Origin: an uncultured Alphaproteobacteria bacterium
Lineage (GTDB): Bacteria; Pseudomonadota; Alphaproteobacteria; CAAHEQ01; UBA3637
Reading direction: 5' to 3'
DNA: 64,000 bases
Assembly: GCA_947586835.1 (NCBI GenBank)
Contig: CANPXT010000006.1
Span: forward strand, 422-64,421
In this document: positions 10,560 to 19,823 of the stretch, one piece after another
Position numbering within the stretch: position 1 is the first letter of the stretch
Layout of the letters: every line of letters begins with the position of its first letter
The notes under the pieces: model-generated
The model's input: only the letters and a program-made list of their open reading frames with translations
Told to the model about the DNA's origin: nothing
Database searches by the model: none
Made by a program: the position numbers and the translations under genes

Positions 10560-11298
10560 ATTTGTGAAAGACTATGAAATTGCCAGCTATGAATGCGATG
10601 AAAATCTTTATTTCAGATTACGTAGTTTATTCAATATTTTTCAAGATGTTGCCGATAATCATGCCGATTTAATGGGGGTCGGATATCATTATTGCATACA
10701 AAACAAATTAGGGTGGGTCGGCGGTGCCTATGAGGTTGAATTTATGTCACTGCCGAAGTGGAATGATAAAGTAAGACTAAAAACGTGGCCGTCACAAACA
10801 AATGCCGCAACGGCATACCGTGAGTTTGAATTAATAAATATTGAAACGAAAGAGGTGTTGGTGCGTGCTTCAAGTCAATGGGTTTTACTTGATTTAGAGC
10901 GCATGCGTCCGGTTGCGGTCGGAAAACATTTAGAAAAATGCCAATTAAATGAAACACGTGCCATCGATACTCGGTTTGAAAAATTACCTGCTCTTGATAA
11001 AAACGATTTTCAAACGGAAGAAATTATTCGTGCTGATGATATTGATTTAAATCATCATGTGAATAATGCCGTTTACCCGACATGGATATTAGATGCGCTT
11101 ATGCAAGATTTTATGAAAAGAAAAACCATACTTCGATTGAAAATTCAATATCGCCAACCGGCCAAACGGGGCGATAAGATTATTGTTGCCACACAAATTG
11201 TTTCGGAAACCGAAACACGGCACACAATTTCCGATGGAGCAGGGAAAGAATACGCACGATTACACATATCGTGGAAAAGTAATGAAATGATTTTATAA
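10552..11298 (+). CDS. Acyl-ACP thioesterase family protein (FatA/B-like hotdog)
   Basis: The YEIASYECD...LFNIFQDVADNHA...GWVGG pattern and the second hotdog half (DIDLNHHVNN) fit this family. The ATG at 10552 follows GAGGA and overlaps the malQ stop; 10528 is an alternative start. Confidence 0.75.
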   Translation: MNEFVKDYEIASYECDENLYFRLRSLFNIFQDVADNHADLMGVGYHYCIQNKLGWVGGAYEVEFMSLPKWNDKVRLKTWPSQTNAATAYREFELINIETKEVLVRASSQWVLLDLERMRPVAVGKHLEKCQLNETRAIDTRFEKLPALDKNDFQTEEIIRADDIDLNHHVNNAVYPTWILDALMQDFMKRKTILRLKIQYRQPAKRGDKIIVATQIVSETETRHTISDGAGKEYARLHISWKSNEMIL

Positions 11299-11928
11299 CG
11301 CTTTAATTATATTTCAATACATAAACCTTTCAAGTGGAAAACAGGCTTTCTTAATGAAAATTTCTTTTAAAAACGATCTTAAATGAAAAAATATTCATTT
11401 TTAAAAGGTTTGTTGTATTGAGATATATCTTAAATTTAAATTTAATAAATTATAAAAAAAATCAATATCTTGCTTTAAAATTTGTTTATTATTTTTTTAT
11501 AAAAATATTATAAAAAAGCTTAATTTCTGAACTTTAATTGTTAAATTTAAGATATAACTATACATAATATAAATTATGCGACAAATATTAAGATAAGAAA
11601 AAAGATAAAATGTTTTATAATCAATATGTTAAACAAAATGTGGATAACTTTGTTTATAACTTTACTTCACAAAAATAATTGTGTTATTCTCACCTCATCA
11701 AAATCTATTACATCAATACTGATAATGTTCCCTCTAGACGTGCATAAAAATACCGCTTAAATTATCATTTGATAAGATGAAATGCAAATCAAAAAATAAT
11801 TAAAATTTCTCTGTAATCATTGATTTTATTTCGTTTAAGAGAATTTTTATTATATAAAATGCGATTTTAGAGCCAAATTATTTAAAAAATTAACAAAATT
11901 ACCCTACTCTCTTTTTTGTGATGTTACT

Positions 11929-11966
11929 AAAAAATCCTGATAACAATAAAGTTACCAGGATTTTTT
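11929..11966 (-). terminator. Bidirectional-looking hairpin terminator downstream of pepN
   Basis: Stem AATCCTGATAAC pairs with GTTACCAGGATT. It is flanked by an A-run on one side and a T-run on the other. Confidence 0.6.
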
Positions 11967-11980
11967 ATGAATCGCATTTT

Positions 11981-14491
11981 TTATATCATCCGTTCGACGG
12001 TTTCTCTTGAAACATCGGATAATGTTTTATCAGCTGCAACTTTTTTTAATACACTGCGTGCCATTTCTTTTGTTGCCTCATCAAACTTTCGATATTTTGC
12101 AAATGCCGTAAATAGCCGTGCTGCCAAATGCGGATTGATTTTATCAATTTCCATGACATGACGCACAAAAAATTCATATCCTTTTAAAGTATGGAAAGAT
12201 TCCATATTTCCGCCAAAGGCACCGATAACAGCCCGCACTTTGTTGGGATTTCGAATATCGAACTTTTCGTGTTGAACTAATTTTTCCACAATCGGTAAAG
12301 TATTTTTTGATCCGTTTCGCGCTTGAACAGCAAACCATTTGTTTAAAACCAAATCGTCATTTTCATAGCGTTTATAGAAAGCATCAAGCGCTTGATCGGC
12401 ACCGGGCAAATCATTATTAACCAAAATATTTAAAGCTGATAATCTATCCGTTAAGTTATCGGCTTCATCAAATTGTTTTTTCACCAAATCAGCATAACCG
12501 ACCAATGCCAAATATCCCAAAGCGACGTTTTTGATGGCCCGTTTTCCGAAAGATAAATTATCCGGTGAATAAGCCTTTTTTATTTGATTTTTATTGTAAA
12601 TTTTCAATAAAATATCCTTATATTTTTCGGCAAAAGCTTGGCGCATCATTAATCGAACGGCTTTAATGCGTTTCATATCGGCAACACGCACTTTTTCAAA
12701 GATTTCTTCCTCACTCGGCAGAACAATGGCGCGTGCGATGAAAGCTTTATCTAATTTTGATTGATTTAAATAAGAACCTAATGCTTCAATGACATGCATA
12801 TCTGGTTCTTTGGCATTTTTCTCATACAAATGAACCAAGGAATCCAAAGCATATTGATGTCCGGCATCATAGCGATTAAATAAATCACTGTCATATTTCA
12901 TTAACCGTAAACGCATCACTTTTTTAGGTGAATATATAATATCAACCGGTGATGTAAAAAAGCGATTCAGTGATAAAGCCGGTTCATAAGGTACTTTAAA
13001 TCTATATGTTTTTGACTTTTTACTTAAAACAATTAAACCGTTTTTAAACTTTTTCCCTCTTCTGCCGACCAACCCAAAGGCCAACGGAATAACAAACGGC
13101 TTATATTTTCGCGAATGACTTTGCTTTAACGTAACGGCATAAGTACCGTTTTTATAGGAAGTTTTTACTTTTATCCTCGGCCGCCCTGCTGTTGAATACC
13201 ACAATTTAAATTGCGTTAAATCTTTACCGGATGCATCTTCCATGGCTTTAACAAAGTCATCAATGGTAACAGCCTGTCCGTCATGACGTTTAAAGTAAAG
13301 CGCTGCCCCTTTCATAAAAGTTTTTTTACCCAATAATGCCTTTTGCATTCGAATAACTTCCGCGCCTTTTTCATAAATGGTCGTGGTATAGAAGTTATCA
13401 ATCTCATGGTACGAATCGGGTCGTACCGGATGCGCTAACGGACCGTCATCCTCCGGAAATTGAACGGCACGAAGTGTTGCAACATCATCAATGCGACTGA
13501 CGGCTTTTGAAAAAGTATCATAACCGTATTCGGAATCACGAAACACCGTAAATCCTTCTTTTAAAGAAAGTTCAAACCAACTGCGCAAAGTCACGCGATC
13601 ACCACTGTAATTGTGAAAATATTCATGCGCCACAACGTGCTCAATATATTCATATGTTGCATCGGTAGCCGTATCGGGCGAAGCCAATAAGGCTGCATCA
13701 TTAAAAATATTTAATGATTTATTTTCCATCGCTCCCGCGTTAAAATGCGGAACGGCAACAATGCTGAATCGATTTAAATCATATTCCAAATGAAAAACTT
13801 TTTCATCCCATGCCATAGCTCGTTTTAAAGCATTGATGGCAAAAGTTAACCGTTCGGCTTTTCCGCGTTCGCAATAAAGACGTAAATCAACTTTTTTACC
13901 CGATTGCGTGATGTAAACATCATGAATACTGTCTAAATCGCCGGCAACCAAAGCAAACAAGTAACACGGTTTATTATAGGGATCTTCATAAACAATTACA
14001 TTGCCTTCGTCTTTAATGACATTACCGTTTGACAACAATACGGGATATTTTTTTCTGTCAGCGCGAATGGTTACGATAAATTTACTCGGCACATCGGAAT
14101 GATCAGGATAATATGTAATGTTTCTAAATCCTTCCGGCTCGCATTGCGTACAGAAAATGCCGTTTGAAACATAAAGCCCCATCAAACGCGTGTTATCTTG
14201 CGGATTAATTTCAACTTCCGTTTCAACAACAAAGGCTTTTTCTTTCGGATAAAGTGTTAAGCTCACATCTGTCAGATCATAATCATTCGGCGTTAATATT
14301 TGTCCGTTAATCATTACTTTTTTAAGGGTCATATATTGCCCGTTTAATAACAGCGGCTTATCTGTTTCAACCGAATCGAAATGCAGTTTTGCTTTAACCA
14401 GTGTTTTGGTCGGATCCAAAGTAAAATCCAATTCCGTTAAGGGTAACCGATAATGCGGTGCCACATAATTTTTGCGATATTTTAATGTCAT
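11981..14491 (-). CDS. pepN: Aminopeptidase N (M1 family)
   Basis: 836 aa. Has the GAMEN motif (NAGAMENKSLN), the zinc site HEYFHNYSGDRVT and the downstream SLKEGFT. Confidence 0.95.
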   Translation of the reverse strand: MTLKYRKNYVAPHYRLPLTELDFTLDPTKTLVKAKLHFDSVETDKPLLLNGQYMTLKKVMINGQILTPNDYDLTDVSLTLYPKEKAFVVETEVEINPQDNTRLMGLYVSNGIFCTQCEPEGFRNITYYPDHSDVPSKFIVTIRADRKKYPVLLSNGNVIKDEGNVIVYEDPYNKPCYLFALVAGDLDSIHDVYITQSGKKVDLRLYCERGKAERLTFAINALKRAMAWDEKVFHLEYDLNRFSIVAVPHFNAGAMENKSLNIFNDAALLASPDTATDATYEYIEHVVAHEYFHNYSGDRVTLRSWFELSLKEGFTVFRDSEYGYDTFSKAVSRIDDVATLRAVQFPEDDGPLAHPVRPDSYHEIDNFYTTTIYEKGAEVIRMQKALLGKKTFMKGAALYFKRHDGQAVTIDDFVKAMEDASGKDLTQFKLWYSTAGRPRIKVKTSYKNGTYAVTLKQSHSRKYKPFVIPLAFGLVGRRGKKFKNGLIVLSKKSKTYRFKVPYEPALSLNRFFTSPVDIIYSPKKVMRLRLMKYDSDLFNRYDAGHQYALDSLVHLYEKNAKEPDMHVIEALGSYLNQSKLDKAFIARAIVLPSEEEIFEKVRVADMKRIKAVRLMMRQAFAEKYKDILLKIYNKNQIKKAYSPDNLSFGKRAIKNVALGYLALVGYADLVKKQFDEADNLTDRLSALNILVNNDLPGADQALDAFYKRYENDDLVLNKWFAVQARNGSKNTLPIVEKLVQHEKFDIRNPNKVRAVIGAFGGNMESFHTLKGYEFFVRHVMEIDKINPHLAARLFTAFAKYRKFDEATKEMARSVLKKVAADKTLSDVSRETVERMI

Positions 14492-15189
14492 TTTTTCTCC
14501 TTTTCTTGATTACCGATTTTTTCGGCATTTAAAATTTTGTTCTTTTTATTTAATTCATTAAACCAATAGTCAGCTCGCTCTTGATTTTTTTCAAGACCTT
14601 GAAAGCCACCACTATAAAGGGCAATTAAGCTTGTCATAGCAAAAATATGTCCTTGTTCGGCTGCTTTTTCATAGAGAGTCAGCACTTTATCCATATTCGG
14701 CGTGCCGAAGTATCCGCGTTCAATCCAAACGCCCAGTCCGTATAAAGCATCCGGTAAATTATTCTGTGCTGCCGAATTCATCCATTTTATGGCTTTAATT
14801 TTGTTTTCGGGTATTTTATCACCCGTATCGTACATTAATGCCAATTCATATTGCGCTCGCGGAACATTTTGTAAAGCCGCCTGCTCTAAAAAAATTTCTG
14901 CTTTCTTTCCGTTAATCGGAAAAGAAGTGCCGCCTTTTCTGTACATTCGTCCCAAATAATATGAGGCCAACTTAGCCGTATCATTGTTTTGAGCGCTACT
15001 TGCCAACAAATAATAACGTTCGGCTTTTTTAAACAACCCGTTACTTTCCGCCTTTTGTGCAATTTCAAATAATTCGGCGGAAGATAAAGTAAAATCGCGT
15101 CCGACAACATAAACAATGCCGCAGAATGATAAGAAAATCAAGCCCAAAAATACTCGTTTAAAAATTGATTTTCTTTTTTTAGATGTCAT
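14488..15189 (-). CDS. Sel1-repeat (SLR/TPR-like) protein with an N-terminal membrane anchor or signal
   Basis: Hydrophobic N-terminus (VFLGLIFLSFCGIVYVV). Repeated A..YYLG.MY..G / A.YELALMY / ALYGLGVW Sel1-type units follow. The start overlaps the pepN stop region. Confidence 0.75.
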   Translation of the reverse strand: MTSKKRKSIFKRVFLGLIFLSFCGIVYVVGRDFTLSSAELFEIAQKAESNGLFKKAERYYLLASSAQNNDTAKLASYYLGRMYRKGGTSFPINGKKAEIFLEQAALQNVPRAQYELALMYDTGDKIPENKIKAIKWMNSAAQNNLPDALYGLGVWIERGYFGTPNMDKVLTLYEKAAEQGHIFAMTSLIALYSGGFQGLEKNQERADYWFNELNKKNKILNAEKIGNQEKEKK

Positions 15190-15258
15190 TTTAAAAATCC
15201 TCTTGCTTTTTTTCTGTTTTAATGTATAACAAAATTTAAATGTATTGTAAAAGGAAAA

Positions 15259-16608
15259 ATGATTTTGCGCAAGAAATTTTGTTATAAAAATTACTTTTTT
15301 AATTCAAAAACGGGCGAACTGTTTTTCCGCTATGAAATGCAGTTGGAAAATAAAAGTTTTTTATTTACGGAAAAAATTGTTTTTCCTTTGGCGCCGTTTC
15401 AGTTAAATGAGCTTCAAAATCAAGCATTAAGCCGTATTTTTTCCTTAGCGCATATCGCATTTGGTATCAGTTATTATAAAGCATTTTGTCCATGTGAGTT
15501 ATCGGTTGAGTCATCTGCTCTTTCAAAAGATGAAGCTTTATTTTTTAATCGTTTTTATGAAAGCGGATTAGGCGAATTTGCCGTTCGAAATAATTTAAAT
15601 TTGCAAGGCCTAATTACCTTTCCGTTTGAAAGAAAAGAAAAAACTTCCGTTCCTATAATGTTACAAAATAAATATCTCATACCAATCGGTGGCGGAAAGG
15701 ATTCTTGCTTAACCGTTGAAATTATGAAAAAGTTAAATGTCAATGCCGCAACAATCGCGATCGGAAATGCTCGTCCTATTTGCGCGTGTATGCGCTTATC
15801 AAACCTTGATTCATTAAACATTATCCGAAAAATTGATCCGCAATTGATTGAACTCAATCAATCAGGGCACACAAACGGACATGTCCCGATTACGGGTATG
15901 TTGGCATTTTTACTTTGGGGTGCAGCTATTTTATATAATTATCAATATGTTGTTTTATCATGTGAACAATCGGCAAATGTCGGTAATTTAATGCAAGGGA
16001 ATTTGGCGGTTAATCATCAATACAGTAAATCTTTTGAATTTGAGCAAAATTTTTATCGATTAACGCAATCCGTAACACCAGATTTTCGCTATTTTTCTTT
16101 ATTAAGACCATTAAGCGAATTTTCAATAGCAAAACTTTTTTCTCAATATTGTCAAACTTATTTTTCGGCATTTACCAGTTGCAATAAGGCTTTTCGTTTA
16201 AACGAAAAAACAAGATTAAATGCTTGGTGCGGCACGTGTGATAAATGTCGTTTTGTGTTTTTAATATTAGCTCCTTTTTTGCCGAGAGAAACCTTGATTC
16301 GTATCATTGGCAAGAATCTTTTAGATGATGAAACACAATTGATCGGTTATAAAGAATTATTGGGTCTGCAAGGTCATAAACCATTTGAATGTGTCGGAGA
16401 AATTGAGGAGTCACGGATAGCATTTCAAATATTGTCACGCAGAAATGAATGGAAAAATGATTTTGTTATCAATGCATTAACAGACAAAATTAAATCTTTT
16501 GAAGAAGATATTTCGCGAAAATATTTAACACCAGCTATGCGGCACTTAATACCGGATACCATTGCCGATCAGGTTATTTGTATTTTTAATGAAGGATTAA
16601 AAACATGA
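15259..16608 (+). CDS. PP-loop-like ATP-utilising protein; candidate UDP-MurNAc-L-Ala-L-Glu epimerase (MurL-like)
   Basis: 449 aa. Has an IPIGGGKDSC motif (SGGKDS-type PP-loop) and a C-terminal Cys cluster WCGTCDKCRF, as in QueC-like ATP pyrophosphatases. It is translationally coupled (ATGA overlap) to a stand-alone MurD-type ligase. The MurL assignment is inference from this pairing. Confidence 0.45.
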   Translation: MILRKKFCYKNYFFNSKTGELFFRYEMQLENKSFLFTEKIVFPLAPFQLNELQNQALSRIFSLAHIAFGISYYKAFCPCELSVESSALSKDEALFFNRFYESGLGEFAVRNNLNLQGLITFPFERKEKTSVPIMLQNKYLIPIGGGKDSCLTVEIMKKLNVNAATIAIGNARPICACMRLSNLDSLNIIRKIDPQLIELNQSGHTNGHVPITGMLAFLLWGAAILYNYQYVVLSCEQSANVGNLMQGNLAVNHQYSKSFEFEQNFYRLTQSVTPDFRYFSLLRPLSEFSIAKLFSQYCQTYFSAFTSCNKAFRLNEKTRLNAWCGTCDKCRFVFLILAPFLPRETLIRIIGKNLLDDETQLIGYKELLGLQGHKPFECVGEIEESRIAFQILSRRNEWKNDFVINALTDKIKSFEEDISRKYLTPAMRHLIPDTIADQVICIFNEGLKT

Positions 16609-17885
16609 AATGGGACGCATTAAATGATAAAACCATCGGTATTTGGGGTCAAGGTCGTGAAGGTATGGCAGCTCAAAATGCGATTCGACGGTTTGTGCCG
16701 AGTGCTAAAATTATTTTATTTGATGATTCAAATTTAACCCATATGTTTGAGTGTGATATTGTAATCACCTCACCCGGTGTCAGCATTTATCGACGGGAAA
16801 TAGAGAAAGCCAAACAACAAGGGATTGTTTTCACAACCGGCACCAATTTGTTTTTAGCAAATAAAAAGAAAAAAACACGAGTTATCGGCATAACAGGGAC
16901 AAAAGGGAAAAGCACAACTTCTTCAATTATTTATCATCTTCTTTTACAGTATGAACCGCATACGGCGTTAGGCGGAAATATCGGAAAACCCTTACTAGAT
17001 TTGCTTTCTGACGACTTTCATTTTGTTGTGGCGGAACTGTCCAGTTATCAATGTGCCTCTTTGAAATATGCTTGTGAAGTTGCTGTTTTGTTAAATTTAT
17101 ATCCCGAACATTTACAATGGCATCAAACACATGAAAATTATTATAATGATAAGTGTCGATTGATAAAACTTTCCAATCAAGCGGTTGTTAACGGTTCGAA
17201 TGAAGAAATTATGAAACATTTGAAAAATTTATCAACTATTCACTATTTTAATACAAAAGACACGTGGCATATTGAAGATAATTATTTTTATAATGCTTCA
17301 AAAAAAACAATTCCCGTTTCCTCATTACCACTTTTAGGCATTCATAATGCCATTAATGCCTGTGCGGCAATCAGCACTCTCTCACTTCTTGATATTCCCA
17401 TTCAGGAAAAAAAAATTATTCAAGGATTTCAATCGGTTTCTCCTCTACCCCATCGATTGCAACCGATTTATGTATACAATGATATTAAATTTATCGATGA
17501 TAGCATTTCAACAACACCCGAATCGAGCGTTGCCGCATTAAAAACATTTCACAATGCTGACTTTATAACCCTGATTGCCGGCGGATTTGATCGGGGTCAA
17601 AATTATGAAACATTGATTCGTTATGCCGTTCAATTAAAGCATAAACTTTTTGTGATTGCCTTACCCGATACCGGTAAGCGCCTGTGCGAAGAAGCTAAAA
17701 AAGCCGGATTGTTAACATCTTATGTGGAAAATATGACATCAGCTGTTCAAAAAGCTTTAACCGTTACGCCGAAAAACGGATATGTTTTATTATCTCCGGC
17801 AGCACCGAGCTATAATTTATATCGAAACTTCGAGGAACGCGGAAAAGATTTTCTTTTTGCCATTCAAAAAATAACCCGAGGATAA
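16605..17885 (+). CDS. murD: Mur ligase, MurD family, located outside a dcw cluster; candidate MurD2 (L-Glu-adding)
   Basis: 426 aa. P-loop GITGTKGKSTTSS and MurD-like length and domain order. The N-terminal IGIWGQGREGMAA replaces the usual GLG.SG dinucleotide-fold motif. Confidence 0.7.
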   Translation: MKWDALNDKTIGIWGQGREGMAAQNAIRRFVPSAKIILFDDSNLTHMFECDIVITSPGVSIYRREIEKAKQQGIVFTTGTNLFLANKKKKTRVIGITGTKGKSTTSSIIYHLLLQYEPHTALGGNIGKPLLDLLSDDFHFVVAELSSYQCASLKYACEVAVLLNLYPEHLQWHQTHENYYNDKCRLIKLSNQAVVNGSNEEIMKHLKNLSTIHYFNTKDTWHIEDNYFYNASKKTIPVSSLPLLGIHNAINACAAISTLSLLDIPIQEKKIIQGFQSVSPLPHRLQPIYVYNDIKFIDDSISTTPESSVAALKTFHNADFITLIAGGFDRGQNYETLIRYAVQLKHKLFVIALPDTGKRLCEEAKKAGLLTSYVENMTSAVQKALTVTPKNGYVLLSPAAPSYNLYRNFEERGKDFLFAIQKITRG

Positions 17886-17910
17886 AAGCATTATTATTTG
17901 AATAAATAAG

Positions 17911-18351
17911 TTATTCTGATCGAATTTCCCACCCTGCACCGTAAGGATTATTCGGACTGTCATAGCGATAAGGACTGCCTGCCCCATAGGGATTGTTAAT
18001 ACTTTCGGCCGAATAAGGACTTCCGTATCTGCCGTACGGATTAGCGATTGAATCCGGATCATACGGATTATTGTTTAAATTACCTCTGAAATGACCTTCG
18101 GAATCATAAAGTTTGAGTGTCTCATCACCGGATGAATAGGGATTGTAAGCAGATGAAAAAGAATAGCGACTGCCAAACTCTCCGTTTGGATTGTTAATGC
18201 TTTCGGCCGAGTAAGGACTTCCGTACGGTCCATAAGGATTTGACGTGGAGTTTACCGCATACGGATTAGCCGAAAATTGTCCTAAATATCGAGCTTGAGC
18301 TGAATAAATAAAACTAAAAGATAAGAGAAAATAAACAAAAACTTTTTTCAT
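17911..18351 (-). CDS. Small secreted repeat protein (NPYG / SPYSAESINNP repeats)
   Basis: Signal peptide MKKVFVYFLLSFSFIYSAQA. An internal duplication is visible (NPYGPYGSPYSAESINNPNGEFGS versus NPYGRYGSPYSAESINNPYGAGS). The composition is rich in N/P/Y/G/S. Confidence 0.6.
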   Translation of the reverse strand: MKKVFVYFLLSFSFIYSAQARYLGQFSANPYAVNSTSNPYGPYGSPYSAESINNPNGEFGSRYSFSSAYNPYSSGDETLKLYDSEGHFRGNLNNNPYDPDSIANPYGRYGSPYSAESINNPYGAGSPYRYDSPNNPYGAGWEIRSE

Positions 18352-18425
18352 ATGACATCTTTTCTTTATATCTTAATTTATACTAAATAAGTAAAAGATT
18401 GTGAAAAAACAAGTTTAAATTTGTT

Positions 18426-19811
18426 TTAATGCTTTTTCTCAAAAGGATTCGCTCGTTTACGCATGACAATACGAATTGGAATTCCTTCCAAACCATAATC
18501 GCTTCTTAAACCGTTTGATAAATACCGCAAGTATGATTCCGGTAAAGAATCAGGATTGCTTGAAAAAATAACAAATGTCGGCGGACGTGTACTGACCTGT
18601 GTCATATACTTCATGGGAATTCGTTTTCCGTTTGATGCAACCGGTGTCGGATGCGCTTGTGTCATACGGGCTAAAAAATCATTTAATTTATGGGTAGGAA
18701 CACGGTAATTCCATAAATGATATATCTTAAAAACATCACTCATCATTCTGTCTAAGCCATACCCTGTTTTTGCGGAAACAGTATGAACGGGTATTCCCTT
18801 AACTTGTTGTAATGAAACGGCTAATTTTTCTTTTAACGTATTTAATACCTGTTTCGGACGTTCAATACTGTCCCATTTATTTAATGCAATTAATAAACAA
18901 CGTCCTTCATTTAAAACTTTTGAAGCAATAAGTAAATCTTGCTTTTCCATGGGTTGAAGTGCATCTAACACTAAAATAACAACTTCTGCAAAATCAATGG
19001 CATTTAAAGTATCGGCAACCGAAATTTTTTCCAATTCGTGCTCAATTTTTCCTTGCTTTCTTAAACCGGCCGTATCCGTCAATAAAATTTCATGTTCACG
19101 CCATGTAAAGGGAATTGTAACAGCATCACGCGTTACACCTGCCGTGGGTCCGGTCAATAAACGCTCTTTTCCGATAAGGGTATTAATTAATGTAGACTTT
19201 CCGACATTCGGTCGTCCGACAATAGCCAATTTTAAAGGCTTACTTTGCCGAATTAAACGTTCTTTTTCCTTATCATGCAATGAGGCGTTCAACAGAGGCG
19301 TGTCCTCTTCAATTGATACATGTTCTTCTTTAGGTAAAGCTTTTTTAAGCGCATCATACAAATCAGAAAGACCCAGTCCATGTTCAGCTGAAACAGGAAT
19401 GGGATCGCCTAACCCCAAACGATAAAAAGATCCGGTTAAATGAGCGATTTTACCTTCACATTTATTTGCCAGCAAAATAATTTTTTTCCCTGATTTTCGC
19501 AACGTTTCCGCCATTTTAATATCTAACGGCATCACATCATCGCGACCATCCACAACCGCCAGTACGACATCAGCTTCCGAAACGGCTGTTTCTGTTTGCT
19601 TCCACATGGCTTGTGCCAATTCGGTTGTTTCTTCCAGTCCTGCCGTATCAACCAAACGAAACGACAAATCCATTAAATGGGCTTCAGCTTCTTTTCTGTC
19701 GCGGGTCACACCGGCTTCATCATGCACAATAGCTAATCGACGACCGCATAAACGATTAAATAATGTAGATTTTCCGACATTTGTCCGCCCGACGATTGCA
19801 ACCGTTTTCAT
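18426..19811 (-). CDS. der: Ribosome-associated GTPase Der/EngA (double G-domain)
   Basis: Two GRxNVGKST P-loops (GRTNVGKST, GRPNVGKST), two DTAG motifs and a KH-like C-terminus. Confidence 0.95.
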   Translation of the reverse strand: MKTVAIVGRTNVGKSTLFNRLCGRRLAIVHDEAGVTRDRKEAEAHLMDLSFRLVDTAGLEETTELAQAMWKQTETAVSEADVVLAVVDGRDDVMPLDIKMAETLRKSGKKIILLANKCEGKIAHLTGSFYRLGLGDPIPVSAEHGLGLSDLYDALKKALPKEEHVSIEEDTPLLNASLHDKEKERLIRQSKPLKLAIVGRPNVGKSTLINTLIGKERLLTGPTAGVTRDAVTIPFTWREHEILLTDTAGLRKQGKIEHELEKISVADTLNAIDFAEVVILVLDALQPMEKQDLLIASKVLNEGRCLLIALNKWDSIERPKQVLNTLKEKLAVSLQQVKGIPVHTVSAKTGYGLDRMMSDVFKIYHLWNYRVPTHKLNDFLARMTQAHPTPVASNGKRIPMKYMTQVSTRPPTFVIFSSNPDSLPESYLRYLSNGLRSDYGLEGIPIRIVMRKRANPFEKKH

Positions 19812-19823
19812 TTTTTTCCTCTG

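Noticed and set aside
11639-11647. Chromosomal origin (oriC), based on a perfect DnaA box in a long AT-rich spacer.
   Set aside because: There is only one consensus box, plus one 2-mismatch neighbour. I found no TTAA-N7-TTAA CtrA sites in the spacer and no dnaA/hemE-type neighbours. I kept it only as a low-interest note.
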